63,776 nucleotides of DNA, filler included, from Collodictyon triciliatum (GCA_043381765.1; 9 parts of 9 records of this genome joined end to end with filler, not necessarily neighbours in it); one strand, 5' to 3'. Shown: positions 1 to 14,011, counted from the whole stretch's first letter. Notes: generated from the letters alone by a model not told the origin. Program-made: numbers and translations.

Positions 1-100
1 TATTAGTATTAGTATTAGTATTAGTATTAGTATTAGTATTAGTATTAGTATTAGTATTAGTATTAGTATTAGTATTAGTATTAGTATTAGTATTAGTATT
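1..100. repeat. (TATTAG)n microsatellite, probably intronic
   Basis: Perfect hexamer array upstream of the splice acceptor at 208. Confidence 0.95.
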
Positions 101-208
101 ATATTATTGACTTAGCTAATTCTTTTTTTGAGTCGAAAATCGATTCATGATAATTATTATCATTTCGTGTACATATAATAAACAGTTTTTTTAATTGATT
201 AATTGTAG

Positions 209-3200
209 ACATGCCGCCAAAAAGGCACGCGTTCTATGGCAAATACACGAGAATCAAACACACCAGATGAGGGCCAGAAAGTAGACTTCTTTTTTGATTA
301 ATTTTGGACATTATGCTTATGCATTTTTTGAATCATAAAAAATCAAGCTACGAAAATAAATGATTTCCTAACAAAATTCATCCGAACCAAGAAACTATAA
401 CTTATTATCATTTTATACTTAATTTGTATACTTTGAAGAAAATCGAGACCGGTCGCCAACAGAGCGAAACTGTAAACCCCGAAGCGAGGTCAACATCATC
501 ACCGTATGTGCCTTGCCAAAAGTGCGGCCGTTCATTCTTTCCTCATCGACTTACAGATCACGCAAAGGTGATTCCTACGCTTGATTCATAGCACTTTTAC
601 ATATTTTTTTCCCTTTATTCGATTCAAAGTGTAGCGAGGTTATGCCAGCACTTTTACATATTGAAAATATCACTATTTCAGTTTATGTTTATTCAGCCTT
701 TGTGATACTTTAATCAATCATATTTTTTCTTCTAGGTTTGTAAAGGAATTACGGCACAAAGCAAACTGAAACCCTCCAAATCTGAATCTGGTGAGACATT
801 TTAAAGCGAGATTGCCATAAAAAAATTGTGTCCACCATCAGTGCGTTGTATGACGACTTTGAGATTATATTGACATACTCGATCCTTAATACGTTTGTGC
901 AAAAATTAAAGACTTGAAGGCTCGCATGCGAAAAGCGCAAACCGAAACAGACCGCCCCACAAAAAATGACCCTCTAAAACCTCCTAAAGTAATTTTTTCC
1001 CCCAATATTTTGAAAAGAAAACCTTCAAGAACGTGCAGTTAATCTAAGGCTCTTTAATTATTTTCTACATATTTACTTCTCATAAATTTAATCACACAAA
1101 TGTAAACAAATCTTTAAGGAAAAACTGTCAAAGTGATTTCTTATTAATGACAATACCCTACTATCAGGGCATTTTGAGTAAGGCAGCATCAGGAAATGTG
1201 CTTGAGTTAATATTTTCCTAAATTCTATTTGCGTGTATAAGATTTATGTATTAACCTGCAAAATTAAAAGGAATGATATATAATTATGGATTACTTTTCC
1301 TGAATAAGATGCATCGATAATAAACACCTGCGAAAAATTAACGATATGATTTATTTTATAACATGTTAATTTTTTTTTATTTTTTTTTTAGGAAAGCAAC
1401 AGCACCTGTCAGAGGCGACGAGGCAAAGTCAACACCAGAGACCGAGAAGCAGTCCATCGACCCTTCTCGAAAGGAGGCAACCCATTCTGTGAAGAGGATG
1501 AGCCAGTCGGAGTTTGAAAGCAAAATCAGGGTATCGATCTGCTTTTATTTCTTATGCACTTTAAAAGATACGTAGCCTTAAAACTCCTGCTAATACCTGT
1601 GAAAATAAAAAAAATCCTAATCATATTAACAATTGACATGATCCAAAAATTAGACATCAACAACAAACTTACAAGCCAAATTGGATTCTATTCAAGCAAG
1701 TCTGATGAGCTTAACCCCGCGAAAATCTTCATCAGCTGGAGCAGGTTAATTAAATTATTTTCATTAAATTTCAAAAGTGAAAGATAATTAGTAATGATGA
1801 AATATACAGGATATATGATGTCCGTTCATTTATAGTATTGATGATATTCACAGTCAAATTTTATGGTCATTTCATCTGCCTGTTGCGCTTATGTTACTGC
1901 TACATCTAGATGATATCGGAATGACTCCAGAATCTGCTCGAAATCGAGCTATTAGCCAGCTCAACATATCCAATATCCCATCGGGTATTCAATCGCCTCG
2001 CCAATTATCATCGAGGCCGCCATCAAGTCGTCTCAACCCGTCTAGTTCATTTGATTCTGCTATAATTGATAAACCGGCAAGATTTCATTCCCAAAATAAC
2101 CCCAATCCTAAATTAGAGCTACCTAAGAATTCGATATCATAGTGAATAATTTACTTGAAAAAAATCTCATTAAAGTTTTTTAAAAAAATTCTTATGAGAG
2201 CATTCATTTCACATCTCAGAGCGCACTGTCTCCTGTCACTATTTCATCATCCCTTCGCAAGGAATACTGGGTATCACATCTTTTTCTCTCTCATTAAAAT
2301 CTTGTCGTTCCTAATTCGATTACCGCTAAAAAAATGATATGTGTCATATACTTATTCACTATTGAATAATTTAAAGGGGGATAAAACAGTTTCTAAAAGC
2401 GCCCATTTTGACTCTGAGAGCAAGTCATCGGAATTATATTTTGCTGGGGATTCATCGCGCCTTCAACCTCGTTCAAAATCAACATCAGCTGCGCTTCGAC
2501 AATCTGCCTCGAATGGCTATTCCTCTGGTTCTGATGAACTCGACTCAACTTTACAAGATATCATCAATGATTTTCCAGATTCTGGCGATGTAAAATCCAC
2601 CACTTCGGAATCCTCAGATTTAAAGTCCCTTCGAATGCAAGCCGGTAAGCATACAGTTTTGATACTGGAATACTCGCCGATGATTTTAGATTTTTTTTTT
2701 TTATGTTTTAAATTAAAGGAATCTAATACAGGTACACAGAGCCTCCACGCATCACTTCGAAAAGAAATGTCTGGCAAGGTGATTTTTTTTAACAACTTCA
2801 TCGAAAACATACGATAATTTTTTTTTAATTTTTTTAAATAACTATCATGAAAACAGAATAAGCTTTTAACTAATTAAAATTTTCACGCATGTCTCCTCCA
2901 ACATTCAGTTTGATGATTTGAGGAATCCAAATATCAAATCAAAGTCCAATGAATACGATTCATTAGGTTTTTTTATGTTTAAAAATATTCGTTTTGAGAC
3001 AAATATTAATGAATAAAATTTTTTAATGCTAAGCCTAAATCAATTAACATTTAATCCTATTTTTCTAAAACGTGAACGGTTGTGGTGATTTCCATAAGAC
3101 GGCACCACAGAATCAGGAAATCTATCAGCTAGGTAAGTTTTGATTACTTTTCCTTCCCCCCCCCCCCTTAATAATGCTTCAGTATTTATGTCAAAATATA

Positions 3201-3767
3201 AGCCTGTATGTTGTCTTTCATTCGAAAGTAACAGTGCCTCTTTCACTTTCTCCTTTTCAGGCAGATGTCTCACCATTCTGATGACCTCAATACCTCGATT
3301 GATAGTAAATATATTTATTCCTGATTGAGTATTTATCACACACTCAATCTCATAATCTTAAATTTTCAATCCTTCGATGAATTGGCATATTTAATTATAA
3401 GGCCGTGATGCAGCGATTAACCTTCCACACGGCGTGATTGTATATAACGAAATGTCGGATGACTCTCAAATTCTTGGTGAAGTCATTATTCTCCAAGGAA
3501 TAACCATCAACGATATTCGCCGCATGATTATTGAGGTACAATGAGACACATATTTTATCATATTAAAACTTGCCACCGACAGGGCTGGCATGAATTTCTT
3601 ATACATAATATACTCAGTACTTAAATCGATGAGTACAGGAACTGGGCCAAAAAGATGGTTTCATCCTAAAGAAAGGAAAAATTCCCATCCACCACACGCA
3701 AAACCATAAGGATGCAAGTTGGTTCTTTCGAGAAAAAACGGACCACATTATAATATCATACAAATGA
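209..3767 (+). CDS. Multi-exon C2HC zinc-finger protein with long Ser-rich disordered middle and a small globular C-terminal domain; 5' end may lie outside the window
   Basis: Exons 439-567 and 737 onward splice to PYVPCQKCGRSFFPHRLTDHAK|VC (CxxC-x12-H-x3-C, zf-C2HC type). Last exons give GEVIILQGITINDIRRMIIE|ELGQKDGFILKKGKIPIHHTQNHK...ISYK*, with TGA at 3765-3767. Some internal exon boundaries are uncertain. Confidence 0.7.
606..646 (-). mobile_element. 41-bp A-tailed retroposed fragment (family A) with 16-bp target-site duplication
   Basis: Minus strand reads GGCATAACCTCGCTACACTTTGAATCGAATAAAGGGAAAAA; flanked by identical AGCACTTTTACATATT at 590-605 and 647-662; lies in intron 568-736. Confidence 0.85.
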
Positions 3768-4080
3768 GATGGAGATAGTGAACCTTTTTCTTTTCCTTTT
3801 TATAAAAAAGAGGAAAAATAATATACACTTCATCACCCAGTAACTCCATTTTTTCTCCGAGAGTCCTCAGTTCGTCGTTTACATAAAACAAACCAATTTA
3901 TATTAACAAAAATAACATCACAAAATCAATTACAAGGCCGGATATCTTGTTTTGTACCTTTTTTTTTCTTTATTCCATTGCATTTGGAGGTGATTTCATT
4001 TTCGATTTATTTTATGTGTAGTGACATATCTCCCAGCTTTTATCCTTCAGATTATGAAGAAAAAAAAGTCTGTGCAGGAA

Positions 4081-6985
4081 TCACTCGTTCGATGTAGATG
4101 ATATGCAGGACTCGTTGATTTTCCAGCTACCGCTCTCTGCTAATTCGTTTTTAACAGATAACTTCAGCGCGGTGTTTTCATCTAAACCCAAAGTACCATT
4201 TATCCATCCCGAATCTTCTTTTTTCCGAGATATCACCCGCTTTGCATATAAACCCGATACCAGCTTTTTGCGTGGAGTTAGCACTGAAAGTAAATCGTCA
4301 AAGGACTCATCATCCTTTCTGAAGCTTATGCATTCGGGTTCGTTGTTTTCCAAATCATCCAAAACACGACAATAAGTTGACTTACTATGGCTGGCTCCGC
4401 AATCAGCGGGGTTGGAAGGAGGCCTAGTTATAAGTAGACTCTGTAAAAACAAGAAAAACTATAGGTTTTAAGATATAACAAATCCCTTTCGGAAAGATGA
4501 GCTGTAGGGTTAAATAAATTTGGTAAAAAGAATTAATGTTGATACGGCCACGTTTAAAAAATAAAAATAAATGAAAAAAAAAAAACCTAAATAGACTTTT
4601 ATGAAGGATGTCGAAGGGGGTTTTCATAATCTCCTGTCTTTCGTCCCACTCTTCGTTTCCTGGACTCTTCATCATCTCAAATTCGTCCTCAGATGTACCA
4701 GATTCCACGTCTAAAGAATCTACAGCGATGGCATCTTTGTCAGAGCCCAAGCTGATTGAAGCAAGAGATGCAGGGGATGCGAGAGATGTGGGAGATGCTG
4801 CAATAGTTTCAAGACTAGGATTAAATCGCATTTGATAAGGTGACGCCGATTGTTTCATAAAGAGCCCATTCTGTATCCTCATCCGACGTGGACATCTAAT
4901 TCCGCTTCCTCTCGACGTTTGTGGGTTTGTAGTGGCAGATAAGGCTTCCTTTTCGATCGGTTGAAGTGAAATGGAGCGTATACTGCGTTGGTTTTGATTC
5001 TGGTCTGGTGCTTTAGATTTAGAAAATCGCAAGGGCGACTGTTTTAGAGAGAAACTGTGCTTCTCTGTCACACTTCGCATAGTTCGAACTGGTGATGCTT
5101 TGTTTGATTGATTTACAACGGATTTTTCATCAGACGTCGCTATCAGCGGTGGCGATGAAGTACTGTATATATGGGAAAGATATTATATTTATACAATTTA
5201 AGTTAGTGGCTCAATAAATATTGACTACAATCCATATTCCATTCTATTATCACTTTGGTAAGGTCAGCGCCAAGTCGGTCATAATCCCAGATTTTATAAA
5301 TCTGATGTTAAAAAATAATATTTTAATATCATTTGACAATAAAGATGTCTGTAATTATGTATATGAATTACAAATTTATCTGGTCTTTTCAATACATGCA
5401 ATACCTTGAAAAGCTGTACTTGGATAAGTGATTCCAAGCAATTTTGTAGGAAGTATCGAATACGTGAGGGGATACGTCTCTCGATCGTGGATTTGTTTCC
5501 TAAATAAGAAGATATATAAAAAAGACATCGCTAATTTCCTTTATTTTACAAAGAAATAATTACATAGAAATTCTTAAGTATACACAAAATAAATAAAATT
5601 ACGCAGTCTACCGGAGACGATTTGCTAGAATGAAACTTTTCGTCTAGAATTGCCAGCAACTCAGAGGGAAAATGGAGTCTACATCTCAAGGGCTCCTTCA
5701 TGAAGTTCTGTTCGTATTTAAACATTATTAAGGAAATATCCCACATATTACTTTACTATTTTGAGAGGACTTTACTCGATATATGTCCTCCGCTTGCTTT
5801 GCTGCTGTGTCTTTTTGAGTAGATTTTTTCATATCTTCAACAGCATCGCAAAACAAGAGAAGCTCATTTGAACCGATCTATGTGTACAGTTATTATATGA
5901 ATGGGTGATGCGTTCTATGTATAAAATAAGAATGAATTCAAACTGAGAGCAAATATCTTTCGAATATTTTATGGCCCTTAGGATTTTTCGTAAGGTCAGA
6001 GAATGACATCTTTGTAATAGCATCTTCTCTGCATTTTGAGATAGATTTAGTTATCAGAATCCTGATCCTTAAAATATAAACGGGTTATTCATTTTTATGA
6101 ACATGTAATCAAGTAATAGTTTTTTTTATTAGGGATAATAACCTTTGGTATGTCTCAAATATATCTGGTATATGATGAAATAGCTCAGACAATCGAGTTG
6201 TCGAATACTGAAAGTAGTCTTTTGCTATTTGTATGGCCTACATGTACTCATTCGTTTAAATTTCAATAAATTCATAGGTGCGTTGTCTGTCTGTCTTTTT
6301 TTTTAAAAAAAAATAAATAAATAAGTTTTACGTCTAAAAGAGCCTCATCGACCAAATCTCGACAATGATGGTATAAGATCGTTGCGTCAATATCATCGAT
6401 TTCTGGTTTTTCATCTGACAAAAGAGAACTAGTATTCTTTGAATTGGATTTCTATATGATAAAAATAATTAAGACCTTGGGATTTTTTTCAAAAAGGAAA
6501 CATGCCTCAATATCAAATAATACATCGTATTGGATGCAACAATATGAAATATTGATAAGCATACTGTTATTCTGGTGGTTTGGGCCTCGGCCTTTGGAGC
6601 CTCTGTTTCTGACAACGATTTCTATTTAGAATGAATATATTTAGACCAAAAAGTAAGTATACAGTTATTTCGTATTTTCTTCTATTTAAAGAAAAAAATT
6701 CACTCCACGGTTATTAGAAGAAAAAAAAGACTCATGAATATTGAACAGAGCTTACTTTGAGCTCCTCTATGTAGGAACTCAAGAGCACATTTGGTTGGTT
6801 AAGGTTTCTCTGTTGTAAATAAGCAAATTAATCATGCAAATGAGGAATAACAATCACAATAAAAGATTTTTTCTTGCAATATAATATGTAAACAATAAAT
6901 AAGTATTCATAATGCTCAGATGAAACAGAAATCACCATCTCTTCTACAATTTCCGAGGTATAATTGGAATGCTTTTCAAATTCAT
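4081..6985 (-). CDS. RGS-domain (regulator of G-protein signalling) protein with Ser-rich C-terminal tail; 5'-truncated at contig end
   Basis: Spliced translation SFSDLTKNPKGHKIFERYLLS|IGSNELLLFCDAVEDMKK...KQAEDIYR|KFMKEPLRCRLHFPSELL...HVFDTSYKIAWNHLSKYSFQ|GFIKS follows the RGS helix pattern. Terminal exon is ORF 4081-4452. The most 5' exon junctions are uncertain. Confidence 0.8.
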
Positions 6986-7001
6986 CTGCTAATGTTAACA
7001 T

Positions 7002-7101
7002 NNNNNNNNNNNNNNNNNNNNNNNNNNNNNNNNNNNNNNNNNNNNTTAATTAATTAANNNNNNNNNNNNNNNNNNNNNNNNNNNNNNNNNNNNNNNNNNN
7101 N
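7002..7101. other. Artificial contig spacer (N44-TTAATTAATTAA-N44); same at 14102-14201, 21201-21300, 28297-28396, 35416-35515, 42510-42609, 49600-49699, 56689-56788
   Basis: Identical 100-nt spacers whose core has stops in all six frames; genes are cut off on either side. Confidence 0.97.
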
Positions 7102-7192
7102 AGAAAGAGAAAGAGAAAGAGAAAGAGAAAGAGAAAGAGAAAGAGAAAGAGAAAGAGAAAGAGAAAGAGAAAGAGAAAGAGAAAGAGAAAGA
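7102..7192. repeat. (AGAAAG)n microsatellite
   Basis: Perfect hexamer array at contig start. Confidence 0.95.
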
Positions 7193-7425
7193 GAAGAGAA
7201 AAGAATAGAAAGACACAAAAATTGGGAGCAAAACAAACAAGCCCAAAAAGAATAATAAATAAACAAATAATAAATAATTAATAAACACATAAATAAACGC
7301 ATAGATAAACACATAAATAAACAAATAAATAATTCTTCTTCAATCCTGTCAAGTGCAGTTCATAATACAAGGTCAGTAAAATATAGAAATGTGCGAACTA
7401 ATCTGCATTAAAATAAATTAAGGTC

Positions 7426-10400
7426 ATGCGACAAAAGTCGAAACCGATTGCGAGCCTCCCAAGCTTCGAAGAGGACTCGATGATGATCAGCGGGGCGGTC
7501 TGCTCGATGGCTCCGATTTGGCTGCGTTGCCCTCTACCCACATCTAAGCATCGCCCAGCCACACGTCGCACCCAAACGCAGATACAGGCACAGCCACACA
7601 TAGATGCATCAGATGAATCACACATTGCTTCACCGCCGGCCTTTGAAGCTGCAGGAAACAGCGATATCCAGGGCGAAGCTCTCACCAGACTCAGTCCGCC
7701 TGCTCTGGCCGAGCCTACAGCACGTCCTGTCCGCTCCAACAGGGCGACGCGATATCAGACATACGTCAAGTCGTGCGAAGATCGTAGCCGCAGAAATGTT
7801 CGTGCAGAAATAGATGACGCAGCCGAAAATGATGGGGAGCAATCAGGATTCAGAGACAAGGGACATGCTGCCACCTTGGTTACCCATGCAGTAAGGATGA
7901 ATGATAATATGGCGAATGGTGATGTGATGCGATGCGATAAAATTAATCATCTGATTTATTTTGCAACAAAATTCATTTTTAAATCCAGGATAAAGAAAAA
8001 GATAAGGACAAGGATAAGGATAGTGCTAAGGACTTGGACGAGACTCCACAAGCGATTGCAGACATGATCCATAATCTGGCCACGGTCGAGCATCCGCTAT
8101 CGCACTATGATGTGCCTCCTATGTCTGACCTTCAAGGTAATATTTGGGAGGGTTCCCATTCCTTACTTCTGTCTGTGGAGATATATCCATTTACATTTAC
8201 AGCGCTTAACTGCCAAAGAATTCGTGCCCCAAGTCATTATATATTTGTCATTCTGAAAGGATTCATACAGAATAGACATGATACTGATTGGCCTGTTATT
8301 TTACCGATATAAGCATGCCTAGTACAGGCGATACAAATCCATGGAGAGCCATGTCCTACTGAGTATCTTTTTGATCAAGCTTCAAAGGTACGTATTAGGC
8401 ATATTGACGAAAATTCTTTGACTCGATTTGTTTTAATTTGTATTTTTTTTTGAATTGAGTGGGATCATAAAGGTTAAACTACAAATACGATTGCTATTAA
8501 AAAAAATAAGATATTCATTTATAAATGACCTCAAACGAACCCCCAAACTTTATCTCAAGTGAGGCATATGACTTATACAAGTTGTAATATATGGGATTAT
8601 GAACTATAGATATTTCGATATTTGAGAAAAAGAGATGGTAAGATGTACTCTTCAGATTGCAGGTAGCTAGTTTTTACTGCTACAATATTTTATTTCCATG
8701 TGGTGTGTATGTATGTATGTATGTATGTATGTATGTATGTATGTATGTATGTATGTATGTATGTATGTATGTATGTATGTATGTATGTATGTATGTATGT
8801 ATGTTTTTTTTTTTAAAAAAAACTTTCCATACTTTTTTTTCTTACTCTCAAATATCTACATTCTTCTGCTACAAATATTTAAATAAAAAGTTTTTGTATG
8901 ATATTCTTCTTTGAAAGAAGCGATCCTAAAATCAGTGCGAATATAGAAAAGCCATTGGGAACTTATTACGGCCAACATCAATATTTTTCGAGGTATAGAA
9001 TGCATCTATATCTTACTCTAATATGCACAAAATTGAAAGGAAGATTAAAAGAAGCATACTATATTATGTCCATGCTGATGCTTAGCAGAAAAGGCAAGAT
9101 ATTAAATTAGTTCATAAACTCGCATTTGTTGATATTATGATTGGTATTGTTAAGAGGTACAAGGATTCCGATGATCTTTGGATTCTTAGGAAAACGCTTC
9201 AAAGTGGAAATCTGAGAGAAAAATCTGAAGACGGGGAACAAACGGATGGTTATGTGAGGAGTTCAATACATATTCCATAAACGAAAATGTCATTAATGAA
9301 TTATTTCCAATATCGGTAAAATTTATGTAGGAATCGGATAGAGCTGGGGATGAATCGGACGAAGCGGTTGAAAAGTCACTGAATGAATTAAATAGCTCTG
9401 ACTCTGAGATAGAGATGTCTGATTTGCAACGTTCGTTACATCATTTATCGACAATTAGCCATCCGAATACATTATGGCACATTTTTACGCCACTATTTAC
9501 CAACTTAACCTGATAATTAACCTACTGTATGTTTGTTTCTTTGTTTCTTTGTTTCTTTGTTTCTTTGTTTCTTTGTTTTAAATGTTGCTAATATAACAAA
9601 TTAACACGTATTTCCATTTTTAGTGTTGATTACAAAAGTTCTCATTGGTTATGGAGGGTCGTGCATTATCGAGACTATATATGAAGAAGTATCAAAGGTA
9701 AAAAAAATAATTGATTAAATACATAGAAATTCCAACTACCATACGCGCTTGCAGAAGAAAAATAGTTCATATATTGCGTTTGCTTTGATCGAAACACGGG
9801 ACTTTATTTTTATATTGTTATCATTATATATTCGTAAGTTAATTTTTTAATCAAATATGTCATTAGGAGTGGAGATCTCTGAAGAAACGAAACGGTTCTG
9901 CATACACATTAGACATTAGACGCGGTGTCAACGCTGTATTAATGAATAGCTCGCCATCAAACCCATTATTCTCTGTAGGTTTTTCTCCTCAATATCTCTA
10001 TTGATTGAATGTTTTTTTAATTCGTTTTATTATTTATTAAAATATACTTACAACAATTTACAACTGGCTAAGTGTTTTTATTTATTTATTTACAATATAC
10101 GACTATAGAGGGAAACTGGAACTGAAACACATTGGGCATTGACACCCAGGGGGGTATGGGCATATGTATTTCATTTAGATCACTGTTAATTTTTTACATA
10201 CGTTTCTTATGTGCAAACAATACGAAAATGAATGGAAATATCGCGGGAATTTTAGAGGGCAAACTATGTGGCCAGAGTTCAGAAAGAGGTTCTCCTTCCG
10301 CCAGAAGATAGAGTCGTTTTTCTGATCCACCCTGATCTATCAGATTTACAAGGTTTTTTTTCTTCTAAAAAGCGACCAAACTAACTTAGTGATAAGATAC

Positions 10401-12275
10401 ATATTCTGTTTTGGTAACATACATACAACTTTTTCAATACCAAAATAATCAGCAATGGTTCGATCTGTGTTGGAATCATTTGATTCGCCTGTTCATATAG
10501 TACAACTACAGGCTAAAATGCATGAGGTATTCCTGAATCTACGATCTCGATATTTTCCACTTTTTTCCCTATGAACTCATACCATTTGCTTCTGCTGATA
10601 AGGTTATCGCTGGAACTAAACGACATTAGAAATAATCTCAATCAAATCTATTAGTTCATTTTAAATGAATAAATGTCTGAATAAATAATACCCATAGCTT
10701 TGGGCTCGACTCAACAAGAAAGAGTTTATTGAAGGTGGCAAAGTTCCTGTTGAATGCAAGCGCGCTATAGAGCAAGTTCTTAGATCTACAGATATATTTC
10801 AAGTATGTGTTTGTGAACGCTTCGCCAGAATAAATGGCTTTTTTTTTTTGGAATAAAATAAAATAGAATATATAATACCAACCATTTGTTTTTCGTAGTC
10901 TAGAATTTTATTGAAAGAGAATGATGCGAATATATATTAATGTAACCTTCAATAATAATTATTTGTTGTTGTCTTTCCAATCACATTTTCTACCACAAGA
11001 CATGTGAATCCTTGGGCGAAAATTACTGGAAACTGGTTATCAATAGAGAAAAGGTATCTTTTCATCACTTTTTTGGTCTATTTTCATTATTTGTAGCCAA
11101 ATTAAGATAGAAAAAAACATTTCCTTTTATTTTTTTTATTGTTGTATTATATCAAATTATAATATATTTATTCATTTAGCTTTCATCCTCCTTTATACAT
11201 ATTTTTTTCTCTAACACGATATTTATACACACATCTATAAATATATTTTTATGCCAAACTTTTTTAGGATTCAAAAAGAGGCATTTATGATGATACGAGA
11301 TGGAACCTTACTGATTTGCAAAGTAAATATAATAATTCGTCACGAACATATCATACTTGTATATCTACAAGAACTATGCGATGTTCTATGTGCCTTTTCA
11401 AAAAAAAAAAGTGAATAAATTAATTCAGTATATACATTATTTAGAAAATATCGTAAAGATACTGGCACGACACGCAAAACCTCTCGACTTGGATAAAATG
11501 GCAGATGAATTGCAAACGGTTTTGTTTCATTAATACATTATCGATTCCAAACAGATATTGCTAAAAATTCTATTCACAGCAATGGAAAGATGCACGAAGA
11601 CGTGAAAACCACTTGCCTCCGACAGATGTAAGAAAAGCACTTGTCACAAGTCTTGCTCGTGGGAGCCCCTCTTTATTCAAGGTTATTTTCTTTTGTTGGA
11701 AAAGACGTAAAATAAAGCATCGCTGATATATCCAACTTGTGCAATTTATTTTTTCTTTCTACTAACGATGACCATATAGCGAGACCCTGATAATGAAAAG
11801 AAATGGATGCTGTCAAATAAAGAGGTATAGTATTCCAGATATACCATTACAGTTGTATATTTTAATAGATTATTATTATTATTATTATTATTTCCAATAA
11901 CACATTGCGGTGATTTTAATTAGATAACCGCGTATGCTTCATCCATGCTTCTGAAGCCAACAGAGCATAAGGAGGAGCAAGGCGACGTGTTATATGAAGC
12001 CAAAGGAAGTGATGGTATTTTATTTTTCAAAGAGATTCATCTGTCATATTTCACCTCTTTTATATATAATGTGAATCCCAATCATAAAATGCATTTCACT
12101 GTAGGATATTGAAAAGAAAATAGTGAAATGAACTCATAGTCTAAGAATTCCAATGACACTAATATTTATTTTTATTTTAAAACAAGCTGTATCAGATGAC
12201 GAAACAAATCCTGGTTCGATATCCAACGATTCGAGAATGAGAAACGGAAAACGTCGGAAGAGAGAAAGTAGCTGA
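7426..12275 (+). CDS. Putative nuclear protein with four tandem winged-helix-like (HARE-HTH-like) repeats
   Basis: About 17 exons splice in frame. Four repeats of about 75 aa each begin (M/L)(S/T)DLQ and carry a W/F-xx-L-(K/R)(K/R) segment, a (D/E)xRRAI-like helix and a terminal WxL. C-terminus RNGKRRKRESS* is NLS-like; TGA at 12273-12275. Start codon uncertain (7426, 7480 or 7507). The fold call is inference. Confidence 0.75.
8707..8803. repeat. (GTAT)n intronic microsatellite
   Basis: Perfect tetramer array. Confidence 0.95.
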
Positions 12276-12929
12276 GCTTGAGGGAGTCCATTTAGCGACA
12301 TGAACAAAGCGAAAGCGAAAGCAAAAGCAAAAGCACAATATCACTCACTTTTACTCCACCCAATTCAATAGTTTCGACAAGTTTGGAGTTACATGTTTGC
12401 CAAAACAGCGCCGTGTATTAGTTATTTCCTATATTATTATTATTTTTTTAAAAAAATAATTAAACAAGCAAACAAAACAAAACAAAACAAACGAAACGAA
12501 ACCAAAAGAAGCTGAAACGAAACGAGTCAAGGTCGATAGCAGTAGACTCTGGAACAGAATGTCAATCCATAAAATAAAACTAACATTGATTCCATGAGCT
12601 ACATATATCCATTCCCCTCTTATTTAAAAAACAAATTGAAAAACAATTGTTTACATGAGATGAAGCATATACAATCGTTTGCCAAAAAAAAAAAAAAAGA
12701 CTATGCAAACAACGTGCCGGGCCTCTATTTTTTTTTATTATTAATTCAAGTTATTAATTGAAAGTTTTTTATATAGATACTGAATCGTAGCATATGATGC
12801 ATGCGGATATTTTTATATTAATGTTTCAAAAGGGGGCACAAATTCCTGTCTTGATTCTTTTCTTTTCTTTCCTTTTCTCTTTTTTTTTTTTTAAGTAGCG
12901 CCATAATTGCCACGACCAGAAAACTATTC

Positions 12930-13868
12930 TTAAAGTTGGTAATCAATTGGTTTAGGGATTCTGCTGCATATGCTGCATTTGCATTTAAATCCATAATTCA
13001 TCCAAAGTTCCTTGTGTCGCTCCAGATCCGAAACATCTTCTCCAGAGAGATATGATATTAAGAGTTCCTCATTTTTCGTAATGTCTCGAGCAGCATACAA
13101 TTCAATCTCACCAGAATCACCAAACTTCGTAACGACATTCGGGTTGCAGCTGTGATTGTGAAAACTTGCGATGATATACAGAGATAAGTGTTTTTTATCG
13201 TCTGATGGCACACGAAACAAGTTTAAGTGAAGAATCCCAGCGACGCGCAGATACCATTCAAAAGAAAACACTGCGAAAAAAAAACAACATATTAAATGAA
13301 ATAACCGTTAAATATAAAAGAAGCTGGCATAATTCGCAACCATATCAAAATGCCCGATTGCAAATCCTTTTTCTTTCTGTTTGTAAGTGTACCAAATATT
13401 AACAGTCATGGTACCTTTTTCATAGTTTGTCTGAAATAACGACTTTGCCACCACATCGTATGTTGGTTTCCATAAATCCTTAATGGATTCTTGATTCGCC
13501 CACATTAAATGCTGCAATATCCCCCAAGACTGATCGAATGAGCCGTTCTGCTTCAAATCCATCAGCATTTGCCCCATCACTTCAGTAATCAAGTGAGGCA
13601 GCAAAACTGGCTGAGCAGTTCCTTTCAGATTCGCAGGCAAGGTGGAGTCTGGATCGCTGATTGTATCTTGCTTTTCATCATCACCCAGCGCTTTGTAAAG
13701 GTTTTCAAATAATGTCTTTTCGCGCCCACAGAATAATATGTGACCCGAGGCCGCAGCATCATGTCGGCATGATGCTGAGCAGTACTGAGTTTGACATTCT
13801 CCACAAGAATGCGCTGTTTTGGTAGTATATTTTCTGGAGCAAAACCGACAAAAATGATGCGACGCCTT
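12930..13868 (-). CDS. SET and MYND domain (SMYD-family) lysine methyltransferase; 5'-truncated
   Basis: Exon 13868-13415 has MYND cysteines (CRFC...CGECQTQYCSASC...HILFC). Exon 13270-12930 has ASFHNHSCNPN, ELLISY and post-SET FKCKCSIC. Confidence 0.9.
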
Positions 13869-13983
13869 CTGCGTTTTAATTAATTATTGACTTTACTCAA
13901 AGTGCTCATCTGGTAAAATAATTCAGGAGTAAAATGCCACAAATAAAAAATGAAAATAGAGACTAATAACAACTAACCAAGAA

Positions 13984-14011
13984 TAAACTGTTGAAAAGAA
14001 ACCAAAAAAAA
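13984..14011 (+). mobile_element. 28-bp A-tailed insertion (family B) with 16-bp target-site duplication
   Basis: TAAACTGTTGAAAAGAAACCAAAAAAAA lies between identical AACAACTAACCAAGAA copies at 13968-13983 and 14012-14027, in a SMYD intron. Confidence 0.65.

Noticed and set aside
1-100. (TATTAG)n, and (GGGATAAAAAAAA)n at 28397-28517, as telomere repeats of 7-kb nanochromosomes
   Set aside because: Each contig end has a different repeat and genes are truncated there, so these are microsatellites that broke the assembly.
2077-2219. GC-AG intron (CCG|GCAAGA) in the zinc-finger gene
   Set aside because: A canonical GT-AG intron at 2142-2200 restores the same frame; cannot be decided without cDNA.
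7046-7057. TTAATTAATTAA recurring every 7.1 kb as a biological periodic motif
   Set aside because: Always centred in a 100-nt N spacer; it is an assembly linker.
11054-11267. U12-type intron suggested by donor GTATCTTT
   Set aside because: No U12 branch-point consensus close to the acceptor; compatible with an ordinary U2 intron.
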